The notes below the pieces were generated by a model, which had not been told where the DNA came from, ran no database searches, and saw only the letters and a program-made list of their open reading frames with translations. DNA of 64,000 bases from positions 52,841 through 116,840 of the forward strand of contig CAZHRF010000004.1 of the NCBI GenBank assembly GCA_964534625.1. Direction: 5' to 3'. The position numbers were made by a program, and so were the translations under genes. Source of the stretch: an uncultured archaeon. Its GTDB lineage: Archaea > Asgardarchaeota > Heimdallarchaeia > Heimdallarchaeales > Heimdallarchaeaceae. Below, piece after piece: positions 10,205-20,393 of the stretch; within the stretch, counting starts at the first letter, position 1; the number at the start of each line of letters is the position of its first letter.

Positions 10205-10894
10205 CTATATTTGGGTTGATAAATAGTTCAGTATAATTGTTAGTGGCATTTCATAACTATGAGCATCTACATTTGTTGTTTCAAAAAATACTATTTTTCT
10301 GTCTAGTACAGATGAAAGTACTATTCTTTCTGCTATATCCTTTCCCAAATATACTCCTTTTGATTTTAAATCAGCTTTATTGACAAAAACTATAACAGGA
10401 ATTTCAATATTCTTTCTTTGTTCTTCAACTTGAACCATATTGACATAGTGAACAATTTTTTCCAAGCTAGAAATATTCGTTCCATCCGCCATAATAATAA
10501 CTAGATTAGCTCCCTTGATGGCAATATCTTGCATGAAATCAAAACGATCTTGTCCTGCAGGATCATTAAAAATTACTTGATACGCTTCATCAATACTTTC
10601 AAGATCAATAGTTTCAAAATCACTAAATTTCTTGATGATTATTTTATTATATGTTGTTCTAACTAGAATTGAATTAATCACATTAAGCGAGATAGTTGTA
10701 GTTGAGCTGGTAAAATTTGCATATTTAAGGGGAGTAAAATCCAAGTTCGCACTGACTTCTTTAAATACTTCTCTTACAACATCATTTTTTTCAAAAGACC
10801 CAAACAAAGTTTCTAAAAATGTTGTCTTTCCACTTCCTGTTGTTCCTAGTATTGTAATCTTTTTTTTAATTAAGGGTTCTAAAGAAGAAGTCAT
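10205..10894 (-). CDS. Small GTPase, MglA/CvnD (ATP_bind_1)-like or Ras-like
   Basis: GTTGSGKT (G1), STTTISLN (G2), DPAGQDRFDFM (G3), NKAD (G4). Likely start MTSSLEP at 10894; ORF extends to 10951. Confidence 0.85.
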   Translation of the reverse strand: MTSSLEPLIKKKITILGTTGSGKTTFLETLFGSFEKNDVVREVFKEVSANLDFTPLKYANFTSSTTTISLNVINSILVRTTYNKIIIKKFSDFETIDLESIDEAYQVIFNDPAGQDRFDFMQDIAIKGANLVIIMADGTNISSLEKIVHYVNMVQVEEQRKNIEIPVIVFVNKADLKSKGVYLGKDIAERIVLSSVLDRKIVFFETTNVDAHSYEMPLTIILNYLSTQI

Positions 10895-11159
10895 TATAAT
10901 ATCTAAAAAACAGTACATACATATCATTGATAAACGTTTGTAGAAAGGCAATCATCAACTACCACTGAAAAATAGCAAAACTAATTAATTCTTTGACGAA
11001 AATTTTGGAACTTTAATTTTTATAAAGTAGTAGTAAAATGGAAAATATTCAAATATGGTGTCTCTCAACTGTTATCATTATTCATCAAATATTCTACTTA
11101 GATTTATATTCTAAAATATCCGCTATATATTTGATGATAATCTCACAGGATGTTTATAC

Positions 11160-13100
11160 ATGAACATGAAAAACCACCCATCAGCAAAAACTATCGTTAA
11201 ACAGATTCTTGATAACACTCAAAGCAAAGACCAGTTTCGTTCATATATTAAACAGTTAAACATTAAATTAATAACAGAGTTGTATACTATAGAAATTTCT
11301 ACATTTGAGAAATTAATTGATATGGCTACCACGTTTGATGATTGGAAATCTATTATCGATTTAAAATTTTATCTTGTATTTAAATATATAAGAACAGTTG
11401 GTTTCAAGTATCCTGAAAAATTAAAATCATTAAGATTAGATATTAAAAAAGAATCAATTAAGAATGATTACAAAAAAGGATTGGCACTAAATAAATATCT
11501 CATCTGGCAATTAAGCTATTATAGTGAGGACACTCAAAAAGAAAATCAAGGAGATATTGACGCAGTTGCGGAAGCATTGAAGATTTATGAAGAAAATAAA
11601 ATAGACAAAGATGTGCATTATTATACAATTCTTTATAGTGCCATTACAGTTTTATGGTTTTTTAAAAATAAAGATTCTAAGTATTTGGAGTACCTAGAAG
11701 AGTGTCGAGAATTTTATGAAAAGATAGATGCGAGAAATAATATTATTAGAACAAACTATATCCTTGCATTAATGTATACTTATTTAAATCTTCCAAATGA
11801 TGAAACAATTCGCAGAATAAAACAAATCTTAAAAAGAAAAGATCTGGAAAAAACATCCCGTATAATTGGTTTCCATTCTCTTGCCCATCTCAAAATAATC
11901 CAACTAAATTTTAATGAAGTTGAATTCTATTGTACAAAACTTATTGAAGAAACGGAAGATATAACGGAAAATATTTTTGCTTCAATCTATAGCAGATTAT
12001 ATGGTTTGTTATATTTAAGCCAGGTTTATCTTATGAAAACAGATTTTAGTAAAACACTAAAAACGCTTAAAGAGATACAAAAGACTCTGAACGATAAACA
12101 AGTATCAAACTTTTTACCTAAAGGATTCAAAAAAAGATATATCTATATAGCACAATTAATTTTATTTAATATCAATGATTTAATGGATAAAAACATTTCA
12201 CATGTATCCAAAGAATTGTTTAGAGAAAATTTAGAAACTATTCTACAAGTAACTGGTCACACATGGATTACAGAAAGAATTTCGATTAAAATCTTAACCA
12301 ATTACCTTTCACAGAATTATGAAGAGAATGAAATAAAAAATAAAGAAATAGAAAATAGAGAAAAATTTCAAGATAAATCAACGGAGAGAAATGAAACAAA
12401 AACTGATTCAAATGGGTGGTTATCTGATGATAAACTGCATTTACTAAAAAAACTATTGAATGATTTAGCTTTATCACCATCGGAAAATAAATTAATTAGA
12501 GTTAGAGAAGAGATACTCTTATTAAATAAAAAAAAGATAAACAATAATGACCCTTCGCTACATATTAATATTAATCAGATGTTGATATATGTTATAAAAA
12601 CATATTTATCGCTTGGATTGTTTGATGAGTTCAAAGTTTTGTTAGAACTAATATCAGATATAGAAAATACAAACAAAGATTTACACCAAGATTTTTGGTT
12701 ATGGCTCCGAACTTTTAGATTAATCGAGGACTATTTAGAAAATACTAAAAATAGTGAAAAAATAGTTAATAAGCTAGAGAAAGTTATGAATGAAGCAGAA
12801 GAATTAGAATTATTCAAAATAAAAAATGAGATAGATATATATAAACAGCTGATCATGCAAAGAAGTGTGAGAGAAGAGTTCTCAGATGTTTTTGAACAAG
12901 AAAGATTTCTGATTCACTATTCTAAACTAGTGGAACAAAAGACAAAAGACTATTTACAAAAAAAAAAAATAGAACAAAAGCATTGCACTCTTAATGTTCT
13001 ATTCTATTCTATTCTATTCTATTCTATTCTTGGTTTATTGAGAAGAAATAATAAAATACTTAATTATTCTCCTTTATATACCATTTTCATCATTTCTTAA
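11160..13100 (+). CDS. Hypothetical alpha-helical (TPR-like) protein; true stop may be at ~12972
   Basis: 646-aa ORF with helical-repeat character. The tail follows an A12 run and crosses a microsatellite. Confidence 0.7.
   Translation: MNMKNHPSAKTIVKQILDNTQSKDQFRSYIKQLNIKLITELYTIEISTFEKLIDMATTFDDWKSIIDLKFYLVFKYIRTVGFKYPEKLKSLRLDIKKESIKNDYKKGLALNKYLIWQLSYYSEDTQKENQGDIDAVAEALKIYEENKIDKDVHYYTILYSAITVLWFFKNKDSKYLEYLEECREFYEKIDARNNIIRTNYILALMYTYLNLPNDETIRRIKQILKRKDLEKTSRIIGFHSLAHLKIIQLNFNEVEFYCTKLIEETEDITENIFASIYSRLYGLLYLSQVYLMKTDFSKTLKTLKEIQKTLNDKQVSNFLPKGFKKRYIYIAQLILFNINDLMDKNISHVSKELFRENLETILQVTGHTWITERISIKILTNYLSQNYEENEIKNKEIENREKFQDKSTERNETKTDSNGWLSDDKLHLLKKLLNDLALSPSENKLIRVREEILLLNKKKINNNDPSLHININQMLIYVIKTYLSLGLFDEFKVLLELISDIENTNKDLHQDFWLWLRTFRLIEDYLENTKNSEKIVNKLEKVMNEAEELELFKIKNEIDIYKQLIMQRSVREEFSDVFEQERFLIHYSKLVEQKTKDYLQKKKIEQKHCTLNVLFYSILFYSILGLLRRNNKILNYSPLYTIFIIS
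12997..13030. repeat. (TTCTA)n microsatellite, ~7 copies
   Basis: Read directly: ttct attct attct attct attct attct attct. Confidence 0.95.
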
Positions 13101-13115
13101 TTGGTGACAATAGAC

Positions 13116-14270
13116 ATGGCATCAAACACTAATTCAAAACATGAAGTGAAAATTAATCCAAACAAATTTATCTCAGAGATAATAAATATAGCTATCGATC
13201 CAGAGTTGGGATCTCCTTATATGATACAACAAGCTAAAGAAAAACAAATTAAAAGAGGAGACATTAACTCATGGAATGATTTACGAACACATTTTGATCC
13301 CGTATCACCTGATATATTTAAAGAAAAACCCACGATGTTTAACACAACTAAATGGGCACTGAAAAGAGCTCAAACTAAACCTGGCTATGAATTGATGATG
13401 GGTGAAACAGGTGGTACAACAGGAGCACCAAAAAAGACGACATTTTCTGTTAATATGCTTAAAAATATCGACGATATACTCGCTCAAGATGAATACGATA
13501 TTCATACAGGAACATTTAACGCCATCCATAAAGAATTTGTATTGTTAGCAGATAAATTTGGTGTTAAAACAAATCTAAATTGGTTAGCGATGTTACCAAC
13601 AGGCCCTCATCCGGTGGGAAAATGGGCTACAACATATTGGGAACCTTATTTTGCTAATTTAGTGTGGCATATAGATTTAGATCCAAGATTTATAAAAAAG
13701 GCTATGGTGGCTGATCCTAAGATTGGCGGAATGTATCTCAAACATTTACAAGACCAAGCACAAAATCTTATCAAACAAGAGTTTCCACTAATTAACGGGA
13801 TTTTTACAACCAGCATAATTATAGAAAAAATGTTCCCCATTGTTAAAAAGATGCGAGAAGAAGGTAATTTACAAGCAATTGTACACGGAGGAGCACCTAT
13901 GAGTGAAGAGACTCATCGAATATTAATTGAAGACCTTAAAATACCTGTTATTGGTGTTTATGGACAATCTTTATTTGGTGTTCTCTGGCAATCTCCTATT
14001 TTAGATGGAACGCATATTGACTATTTCCCATATAGTCGTATGAACTGTTATGTAACAGGTGATGTATCTAATCCTGCAGAAAATATTGTAGAATATGGCG
14101 AGATAGGTACAGTTGTGAGCCAACGAGTTAGTCCTGAATGCGTGATCCCTCATATGATTCAAGATGGGGATCTAGGTACCAGAATTAAACCTAAAGGATC
14201 ATTTGAAAAAGATGGTGTAAGAGATCCACATAGAGAACTCAAACAAGGACAACAAATGGGGGTATACTAG
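13116..14270 (+). CDS. GriC/EhpF-like adenylate-forming enzyme (PaaK/LuxE-related)
   Basis: GETGGTTGAPK AMP-binding loop, NWLAMLPTGPH, IDLDPRFIKK, VEYGEIGTV, GVRDPH. GGTGA SD before ATG 13116. Confidence 0.8.
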   Translation: MASNTNSKHEVKINPNKFISEIINIAIDPELGSPYMIQQAKEKQIKRGDINSWNDLRTHFDPVSPDIFKEKPTMFNTTKWALKRAQTKPGYELMMGETGGTTGAPKKTTFSVNMLKNIDDILAQDEYDIHTGTFNAIHKEFVLLADKFGVKTNLNWLAMLPTGPHPVGKWATTYWEPYFANLVWHIDLDPRFIKKAMVADPKIGGMYLKHLQDQAQNLIKQEFPLINGIFTTSIIIEKMFPIVKKMREEGNLQAIVHGGAPMSEETHRILIEDLKIPVIGVYGQSLFGVLWQSPILDGTHIDYFPYSRMNCYVTGDVSNPAENIVEYGEIGTVVSQRVSPECVIPHMIQDGDLGTRIKPKGSFEKDGVRDPHRELKQGQQMGVY

Positions 14271-14455
14271 TAATAATTCACCCTCTTTTTTCTTTAGTAT
14301 ATAGTTCAATCTTGTTCCATCTCTCTATTTTTCGAAAAAACCTTTTTTGTAACACTGTTTTTTGTCGGAGATTTATTCTTATTTACGTTAAAATGGCTTT
14401 CTATGAAATAACTTTAAATAATAACCTCTCTTATTTTTTATTGGTTTGAGAACTG

Positions 14456-15301
14456 ATGACAGAAGACGAATTAACTTTCGAAGTAAAAGACTTTCCGAGC
14501 AATAGAATAGATGTATTAGCTATACATAGTCAAAAAGGCGGTCCAGGAAAAAGCACCCTTAGCTGTAATATTGCTTATGATTTAGCAGAACGAGGACATA
14601 AAACTCTTCTTGTGGATTTAGATGTAGCTCAGCCAAGTATTAATTATCTATTCAATATTGATCAAGCTGACATAACATGCACAATAAATGATATACTATT
14701 AGGAAAAAAGTCAATGACAAGACATTCTCCTGTGAAGACCGCTCATCCTAATTTAGATATTTTTCCAGCTGACTTAAAAGTAGATATAGGAAAAGGACTG
14801 CTCAAGCTCCTAGAATCCATTCAAAACAAATCTTTCTTCTATCTACACCAATTAATTAGCAAAGCACTCAAGATTGGTTACAGATTTTTAATTTTCGATT
14901 GTGCCCCTGGTTATAAACTCGAATCGGTTACAGCAGCAGGTCTTAGCGATACCCGTCTTTTTGTTATTAAACCTTCCACTTTTTCTTTTGGGGGGGCGAA
15001 AGAAATGTTGAAAACCATCTATACAAGCTTAGATGTGGACGCTACAACATTTTTTTTGTTTAATCAAGTACCTCCGAATCTTGATGAAAAAGAGACAAAC
15101 TTGCTCTTGGGATGGGTAGATGAATTAAAGAGCAATTATAAAGGTAGATTGGAATTTTTGGGAAATTTCCCTCTAGATTTTGGCATAATAAAAAATGGCA
15201 TTGTTGGTAAATATATTATCTCTAAAGATTCTGGTGTCTATCCATTATTAAAATCGATAGTTGACCGTATTATTCAAGACCTAGATGAGAGAAAAAAATA
15301 A
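14456..15301 (+). CDS. MinD/ParA family ATPase
   Basis: Deviant Walker A KGGPGKST, LLVDLD, IFDCAPG. Confidence 0.9.
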   Translation: MTEDELTFEVKDFPSNRIDVLAIHSQKGGPGKSTLSCNIAYDLAERGHKTLLVDLDVAQPSINYLFNIDQADITCTINDILLGKKSMTRHSPVKTAHPNLDIFPADLKVDIGKGLLKLLESIQNKSFFYLHQLISKALKIGYRFLIFDCAPGYKLESVTAAGLSDTRLFVIKPSTFSFGGAKEMLKTIYTSLDVDATTFFLFNQVPPNLDEKETNLLLGWVDELKSNYKGRLEFLGNFPLDFGIIKNGIVGKYIISKDSGVYPLLKSIVDRIIQDLDERKK

Positions 15302-15479
15302 GATTTTCTCATCTCACTGATCCGAACTCCATATTCTAAATTAGTACAACAGCAGACAAAAATGCATATTTGATGTGTGTATATTATCATTGAATTATTG
15401 TTGACAACAAATTTATTGGAACTTTCTTTTAATAATATGCATAAAAAAAACATTTATTTGAGACACATCCTCAATCACT

Positions 15480-16094
15480 GTGAATAAAAAAAAAGGTCAA
15501 ATTATGAATAACACTCCTCTCTCATTAAGTTATTTAACAATTATTCAATCTACTGGTGTACCATTGTATAGTAGTTCCTTTAATTTTATTGATGATGAAA
15601 ACTGTAGGAACTTTAATGGAAGATTGGAACTCACTAATCATAATCTGCTTTTTGGTGGAATATTTTCTGCCATTTGTAATTTAAGTGCAGAAATAATGAA
15701 GGATGAATTAGAGAATATTAATATTCATCTGTCTTCTTATGATCTTTTCTGCTTAACAAAAAATAATCTTTTGTTTATAGGTGTTTTCGAAAGGGTAAGC
15801 AATCAGGGAAATGATCAAGAAATTAGTAAAATAATACTTGATACTATGTCTACTATAGCAAAGTGTTTCTTTAAGACTTACCCACAAGAAGAAATTATGC
15901 AAAACGATTTCACAATTAATCGATTTAACGGATTTAATGAACATCTCACGAAAATGAACCTTTCTATTTCAAATTGTAGAAATTGCCTAAAAAAGTGTTC
16001 AGATAAGTTTCAATGCTGTATACCCCATCAAATTTATTTTGAGAAAACCCTAAATAAAGATAAAAACACAAATAAAGAAGAAAGTGAAAAGTGA
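15480..16094 (+). CDS. Longin/roadblock-like protein with Cys-rich C-terminus
   Basis: IIQSTGVPLYS...LFGGIFSAICNLSAEIM pattern typical of Asgard longin-like domains; CRNCLKKC...CCIPH. Confidence 0.65.
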   Translation: MNKKKGQIMNNTPLSLSYLTIIQSTGVPLYSSSFNFIDDENCRNFNGRLELTNHNLLFGGIFSAICNLSAEIMKDELENINIHLSSYDLFCLTKNNLLFIGVFERVSNQGNDQEISKIILDTMSTIAKCFFKTYPQEEIMQNDFTINRFNGFNEHLTKMNLSISNCRNCLKKCSDKFQCCIPHQIYFEKTLNKDKNTNKEESEK

Positions 16095-16176
16095 ATAATC
16101 AGCACTATAGTTTCACATATGCATTCAAAATCTACATATTTTATTAATTGTGTTTAAAGATAGACTAATCTATTAC

Positions 16177-16422
16177 TTAAGAACAAATTGCTCTTGAACT
16201 TATGTATACGTTATCATAACCTAATGCGCGTACAACTTTTAATAGCTTCCTTGAATTGGTAATAGTATCATCTAAAACGAGTGTGGCTTTTTTTTCTTTT
16301 TCATTGATTTCTGATTTCTGAACGCCAGCTAAATATTTGAAAGTTACTTTTAATGTATGGTACTCTGTCTCGTTTTCAAGTGTATCAATATTTAGTTCGA
16401 CTTCTTCTGTCATCCTTTTCAC
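16177..16422 (-). CDS. Heavy-metal-associated (HMA)-fold small protein lacking CxxC
   Basis: LAGVQKSEIN...KATLV...LLKVVRALGY matches the CopZ-type fold pattern; no Cys in the metal loop. Confidence 0.6.
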   Translation of the reverse strand: MKRMTEEVELNIDTLENETEYHTLKVTFKYLAGVQKSEINEKEKKATLVLDDTITNSRKLLKVVRALGYDNVYISSRAICS

Positions 16423-16660
16423 TTCTTTCTAAGTAGCTTTATATACTTCACCTATTTAAATCTCACTAATGCTCCACTTTTAAAACGCATTCTTATGTTG
16501 TTTGTAAAGCATCATCATGAAATAAATTTTTTTTTTAACCAAATAAGAACTATTTAGTTCTCATGAAATTAAAGTAAAAAGTGAAAGATAGTAAAAATAG
16601 AGAGACAAAGTTTAAATGTTTATTAGTAATTTTGTTGAATTTTTTCTTATTCACAACATA

Positions 16661-16828
16661 TTAGTCGTCATAAGGTTCAAATTCTTCTTTGCCAACACCA
16701 CATTCGGGACAGATCCAATCATCTGGTAAATCTTCGAATGTTGTTCCAGGTTCGACGCCTGCAGCTGGATCACCTAGCTCTGGGTCGTATATATATCCAC
16801 ACATAGTACAAATCCATTTTCCACTCAT
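16661..16828 (-). CDS. Rubredoxin (55 aa, not in ORF track)
   Basis: Translates to [55 protein letters not shown], with two CxxC motifs. Confidence 0.97.
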   Translation of the reverse strand: MSGKWICTMCGYIYDPELGDPAAGVEPGTTFEDLPDDWICPECGVGKEEFEPYDD

Positions 16829-17044
16829 ATTTTACACCTTAGTTAAATTTCTGCAATTTTAAAAGAAAATAATCCTTATTAAAACTTTCTTATTTAACTA
16901 TTAATTAACAGACAATTTAACAATAGTAAAAGTGGAGATACTGTTGGGTGGAAAGGGAGTATGTATTCATAATACTTTTAAGTACAAGCTATTGTACCTA
17001 CTAAATCAAATGTTCGAAGTTTAGTATTACATTTGATATTTGAG

Positions 17045-17530
17045 ATGAAAAAGATGGCAAATAAAGTTACAAAAGATAGCATTGTTAAAGTGCATTATAT
17101 AGGAACATTTCCTAAAACTGATGATATTTTCGATACTAGTAGAAAAGAAATAGCCAAAGATAAGGGAATCTATACGGAAAAAAGAGATTATGCCCCGTTA
17201 GAAGTAAAAATGGGCGAGAAACAAGTAATTGTAGGATTTGAAAATGCTTTATTAGATATGAAGGAAGGAGAACGAAAAAAAGTTACTATACCCCCAGAGC
17301 AAGCGTATGGTCAACCAACTGAACAAAGAATTGTTGACGTTCCATCTACGAATTTTGATCAAGCTGACGTTAAACCAGAAAAAGGGATGTTAATTCAAAC
17401 GCAACAAGGTATAGCTGCAATAGTTGATATTGATGAAGATCAGCAAACAATTAAACTTGATTTTAATCATCCTTTAGCCGGTAAAACATTAGAATTCGAT
17501 CTTGAAGTAGTTGAGGTCAAACAAGAATAA
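17045..17530 (+). CDS. slyD: FKBP-type peptidyl-prolyl cis-trans isomerase (SlyD-like)
   Basis: VKVHYIG, FDTS, GFENAL, IPPEQAYG, DFNHPLAGKTLEF. Confidence 0.93.
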   Translation: MKKMANKVTKDSIVKVHYIGTFPKTDDIFDTSRKEIAKDKGIYTEKRDYAPLEVKMGEKQVIVGFENALLDMKEGERKKVTIPPEQAYGQPTEQRIVDVPSTNFDQADVKPEKGMLIQTQQGIAAIVDIDEDQQTIKLDFNHPLAGKTLEFDLEVVEVKQE

Positions 17531-17549
17531 GATTGAAATCTACACCGAC

Positions 17550-18338
17550 TTAAATATACCATAAAACGTCTACTATTTCACTTCTCTGTTCTTTTTTTGT
17601 ATATATGTATAACAAATCTTTAGCAATTAGGGCATCAATATGTTTGTAAATTTCTTTTTGTGGAAGTGTCAAAGTATTTTTTAGCATATTGATTGAAACT
17701 CCTCCAAGTCTATGATACTTAAGCACCATTAACAGCATTTCTCGTTTAACATCATCTAATGATAATAATTTCTGTATTTCGAAATATTCTGGAACTAGAT
17801 ATTCTAAGACCATTTTTTCTATTTTTCTTGCAAGTATTTCAAATATGCGTTTATAAGAATCGAGATGATGCTCACAGCTATCAAACCATGTAATAAATCG
17901 CTCCAATAAAACAATTAATTCTTCGTTCATTTGTAAATATTGCAGAAATATCTCATCTTTTACAAGTATGAAAATAATAGTGGGGACGAGGTTAATACCT
18001 GTATCAAAAACCATCCCGATAGGGATTGCTTTATGGCCATTTATTTGTAGTGGATTGTCAAAAAAATTGAATCTGTTAGAAGAATCTGCAAAACTATCAA
18101 CAAATAATTGACAACCTTCAATATTTACCCAACGAGCAAGAGAGAGTTCAGCTAAGGGATCATTATGAAACGTATAAAATGGTGCAAAATCTGAGGATGG
18201 AGTTATTTTCATATAAACAAAAAGATTGAATTTTATTGAAGAATCAGAGAAAGCAAAATGAATTTCTTCATCTGTTTCTGTATGTATATCATGTTCAAAA
18301 TTTAAAGGATCTCTTTTTTTCTGTTCGTTTTTCATCAT
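17550..18338 (-). CDS. Hypothetical protein with possible C-terminal winged helix
   Basis: 262-aa ORF 7 nt downstream of the helicase; GVSINMLKNTLTLPQKEIYKHIDALIAKDLL resembles a wHTH. Confidence 0.65.
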   Translation of the reverse strand: MMKNEQKKRDPLNFEHDIHTETDEEIHFAFSDSSIKFNLFVYMKITPSSDFAPFYTFHNDPLAELSLARWVNIEGCQLFVDSFADSSNRFNFFDNPLQINGHKAIPIGMVFDTGINLVPTIIFILVKDEIFLQYLQMNEELIVLLERFITWFDSCEHHLDSYKRIFEILARKIEKMVLEYLVPEYFEIQKLLSLDDVKREMLLMVLKYHRLGGVSINMLKNTLTLPQKEIYKHIDALIAKDLLYIYTKKEQRSEIVDVLWYI

Positions 18339-18345
18339 TTTTCGC

Positions 18346-20136
18346 TCACTTATTTAAGAATAGGTGTATAGATTTTGCCATCATTTTTGCGTTATAATAG
18401 CGTTGGAAATGAAAATCTTTATTGAACCGGGTTCCACGAGGATCTAACAAAACATGAACAGCTTTATCATTTCCAGATCGTATGGCTCTTCCAAAAGATT
18501 GAGCTAAACGTTGAGCTGTTGGAATTGAAATGGTAAAATCTCTGGCTAATTTACTACCGAATTTTTGTTTCAATTCATCAAAAATAAACTCTTTTTCGAT
18601 ACTAGGCGGAGGATAGGGTAGAGTACAAACAACAACAGCTTCAATCAGACTCTTACCATTAGACGTAAATTCGATTCCCTCACTAATTTTGCCCCCTATA
18701 ACACACCCTACAAGTTTATGTGAAGAATTGAGAAGAATAGTTTTGAAAAAACTAATATCGATTTTTGGTTCTTCAACAATATCAAAATCAACCTTAGTCA
18801 AGGTCTGTAAATTATGTAAATAATTATAGCTACTAGCAAAAACCAGCATATGACCAGGAACAGCTTGATGAATGGTTCGAATAGCTTTGCAAATATCAAT
18901 ATAATAAGTCTCTGTTCTATTTAGATACTTTCCCATGAAACGCTTGTTCATAAGTATATAGGCACGACTTTGTTCCTCATCTTTAGAAGGAAAAATCCTT
19001 AAACAGTTTGAATGAGGGAGAGCATAGAGTTTTTGAAAAGCAGTGACAGGTTCAAAAGATCCTGACATTAAAATAATCCTTGCTGCCCCCCATATTTTTG
19101 ACAATACATCAGAAGGGAGAGGATTCACTAGAGTAAGTTTTTTGGTATCACTAATCACTGTTTTACCTTGAGCTTGAAGAAGGAAATAATAAGCCAAATA
19201 AGCATTAACCTTAGGTATAGTATCAGAGCTGATGTGAGATTTAATTTGAGGGAGCAAAATAGACCCTAGATCCTTTAGTTCTTGAGAGAGAATAGCCAAT
19301 TCTACTAGTTGTTCATCTTTTCCTATATTTAGCAATGTTTGAAATGAATTATGCGGTAGTTCAGTATTGGCTTTTTTGACTATATTTAGGCTGATTTCGG
19401 GATTCAATGGGGCATATAAGTTATGTGCTTCATCAATAGCAATAAGTAGATCACTAAGATCACAACCAAGTCGGTATAGAAACGTTTTAAACAGAATTAA
19501 ATTCTCCAAGAACGGATAAGAGGCTATTAAAATATCTGCTTTTGAAACTAATATATGACTAAAAAAATAAGGACATAAATTTCCATCAGTAAAAAAATTA
19601 TAGATATCGTCAGGAACAAGCATATTAGGAAAGATTTGAAAACAATTCTGGATAAGCACCCGTATCTGATTATCTTCTAACCGTTTAGTTTTGTTTTTAA
19701 GAGGACAACTAGTGAATTCACATATGTGGCTGTAAATTTCGCTGGGCAAAGAATTTCTTTTTTTAAGACAAAGCTCGTTTTTTCCTAAAACGGGGAGAAT
19801 AAACGGAAAATGCTCAAAATGCTCCTCCACTTGTTTCCAATTTTTTAAAACCTGTCTATAAATAAGTGCTAATTCTCTTAAAAAAACATTTATTTGTGCT
19901 TTTGTTCTCACAAAAATAACAATTTTCTGGTGAGGTTTTTTAAGCGCCATGAGTGAGGTTAATAAAGCAGCTGATTTTCCCACACCGGTCTTAGTAGAGA
20001 AAAACAATGTTTGATTTGATGTTAAGACTTCCTGAATAAACTGTTTTTGTGTTAGTTTTATTCTTGGATATGGCCAAATATATTTAATTGTGTTTAAACG
20101 ATCTTGAGCGATAATTGAACCCTTTAGTGTTTTCAT
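18346..20136 (-). CDS. XPD/Rad3/DinG-family Fe-S DNA helicase
   Basis: TKTGVGKS, GKNELC...C...CPL...CPYF, IDEAHNL, GKISEGIEF, QSFGRAIRS. Confidence 0.92.
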   Translation of the reverse strand: MKTLKGSIIAQDRLNTIKYIWPYPRIKLTQKQFIQEVLTSNQTLFFSTKTGVGKSAALLTSLMALKKPHQKIVIFVRTKAQINVFLRELALIYRQVLKNWKQVEEHFEHFPFILPVLGKNELCLKKRNSLPSEIYSHICEFTSCPLKNKTKRLEDNQIRVLIQNCFQIFPNMLVPDDIYNFFTDGNLCPYFFSHILVSKADILIASYPFLENLILFKTFLYRLGCDLSDLLIAIDEAHNLYAPLNPEISLNIVKKANTELPHNSFQTLLNIGKDEQLVELAILSQELKDLGSILLPQIKSHISSDTIPKVNAYLAYYFLLQAQGKTVISDTKKLTLVNPLPSDVLSKIWGAARIILMSGSFEPVTAFQKLYALPHSNCLRIFPSKDEEQSRAYILMNKRFMGKYLNRTETYYIDICKAIRTIHQAVPGHMLVFASSYNYLHNLQTLTKVDFDIVEEPKIDISFFKTILLNSSHKLVGCVIGGKISEGIEFTSNGKSLIEAVVVCTLPYPPPSIEKEFIFDELKQKFGSKLARDFTISIPTAQRLAQSFGRAIRSGNDKAVHVLLDPRGTRFNKDFHFQRYYNAKMMAKSIHLFLNK

Positions 20137-20393
20137 GAATTTGCCATATCCTTTCTATTCCGTCAAAATAATAATGAGTGGATTTATTTTTAAGGGAGAG
20201 AAAATACTTAGGTAATACATTTTAAAGTAATATTGCTTTATAAAGTGGTATAATAGGGAATTATCAAACTCAATTCCAACCCCTCCTAGATAGAAAAAAT
20301 AAAAACTCTTTTCCTAAATTAAGAGAAAATAAAAAAACAAAAAAGTGCGGATGAAATTTAGTCAAATATAACAAAAAAAGAGTGAAAAAAAGA

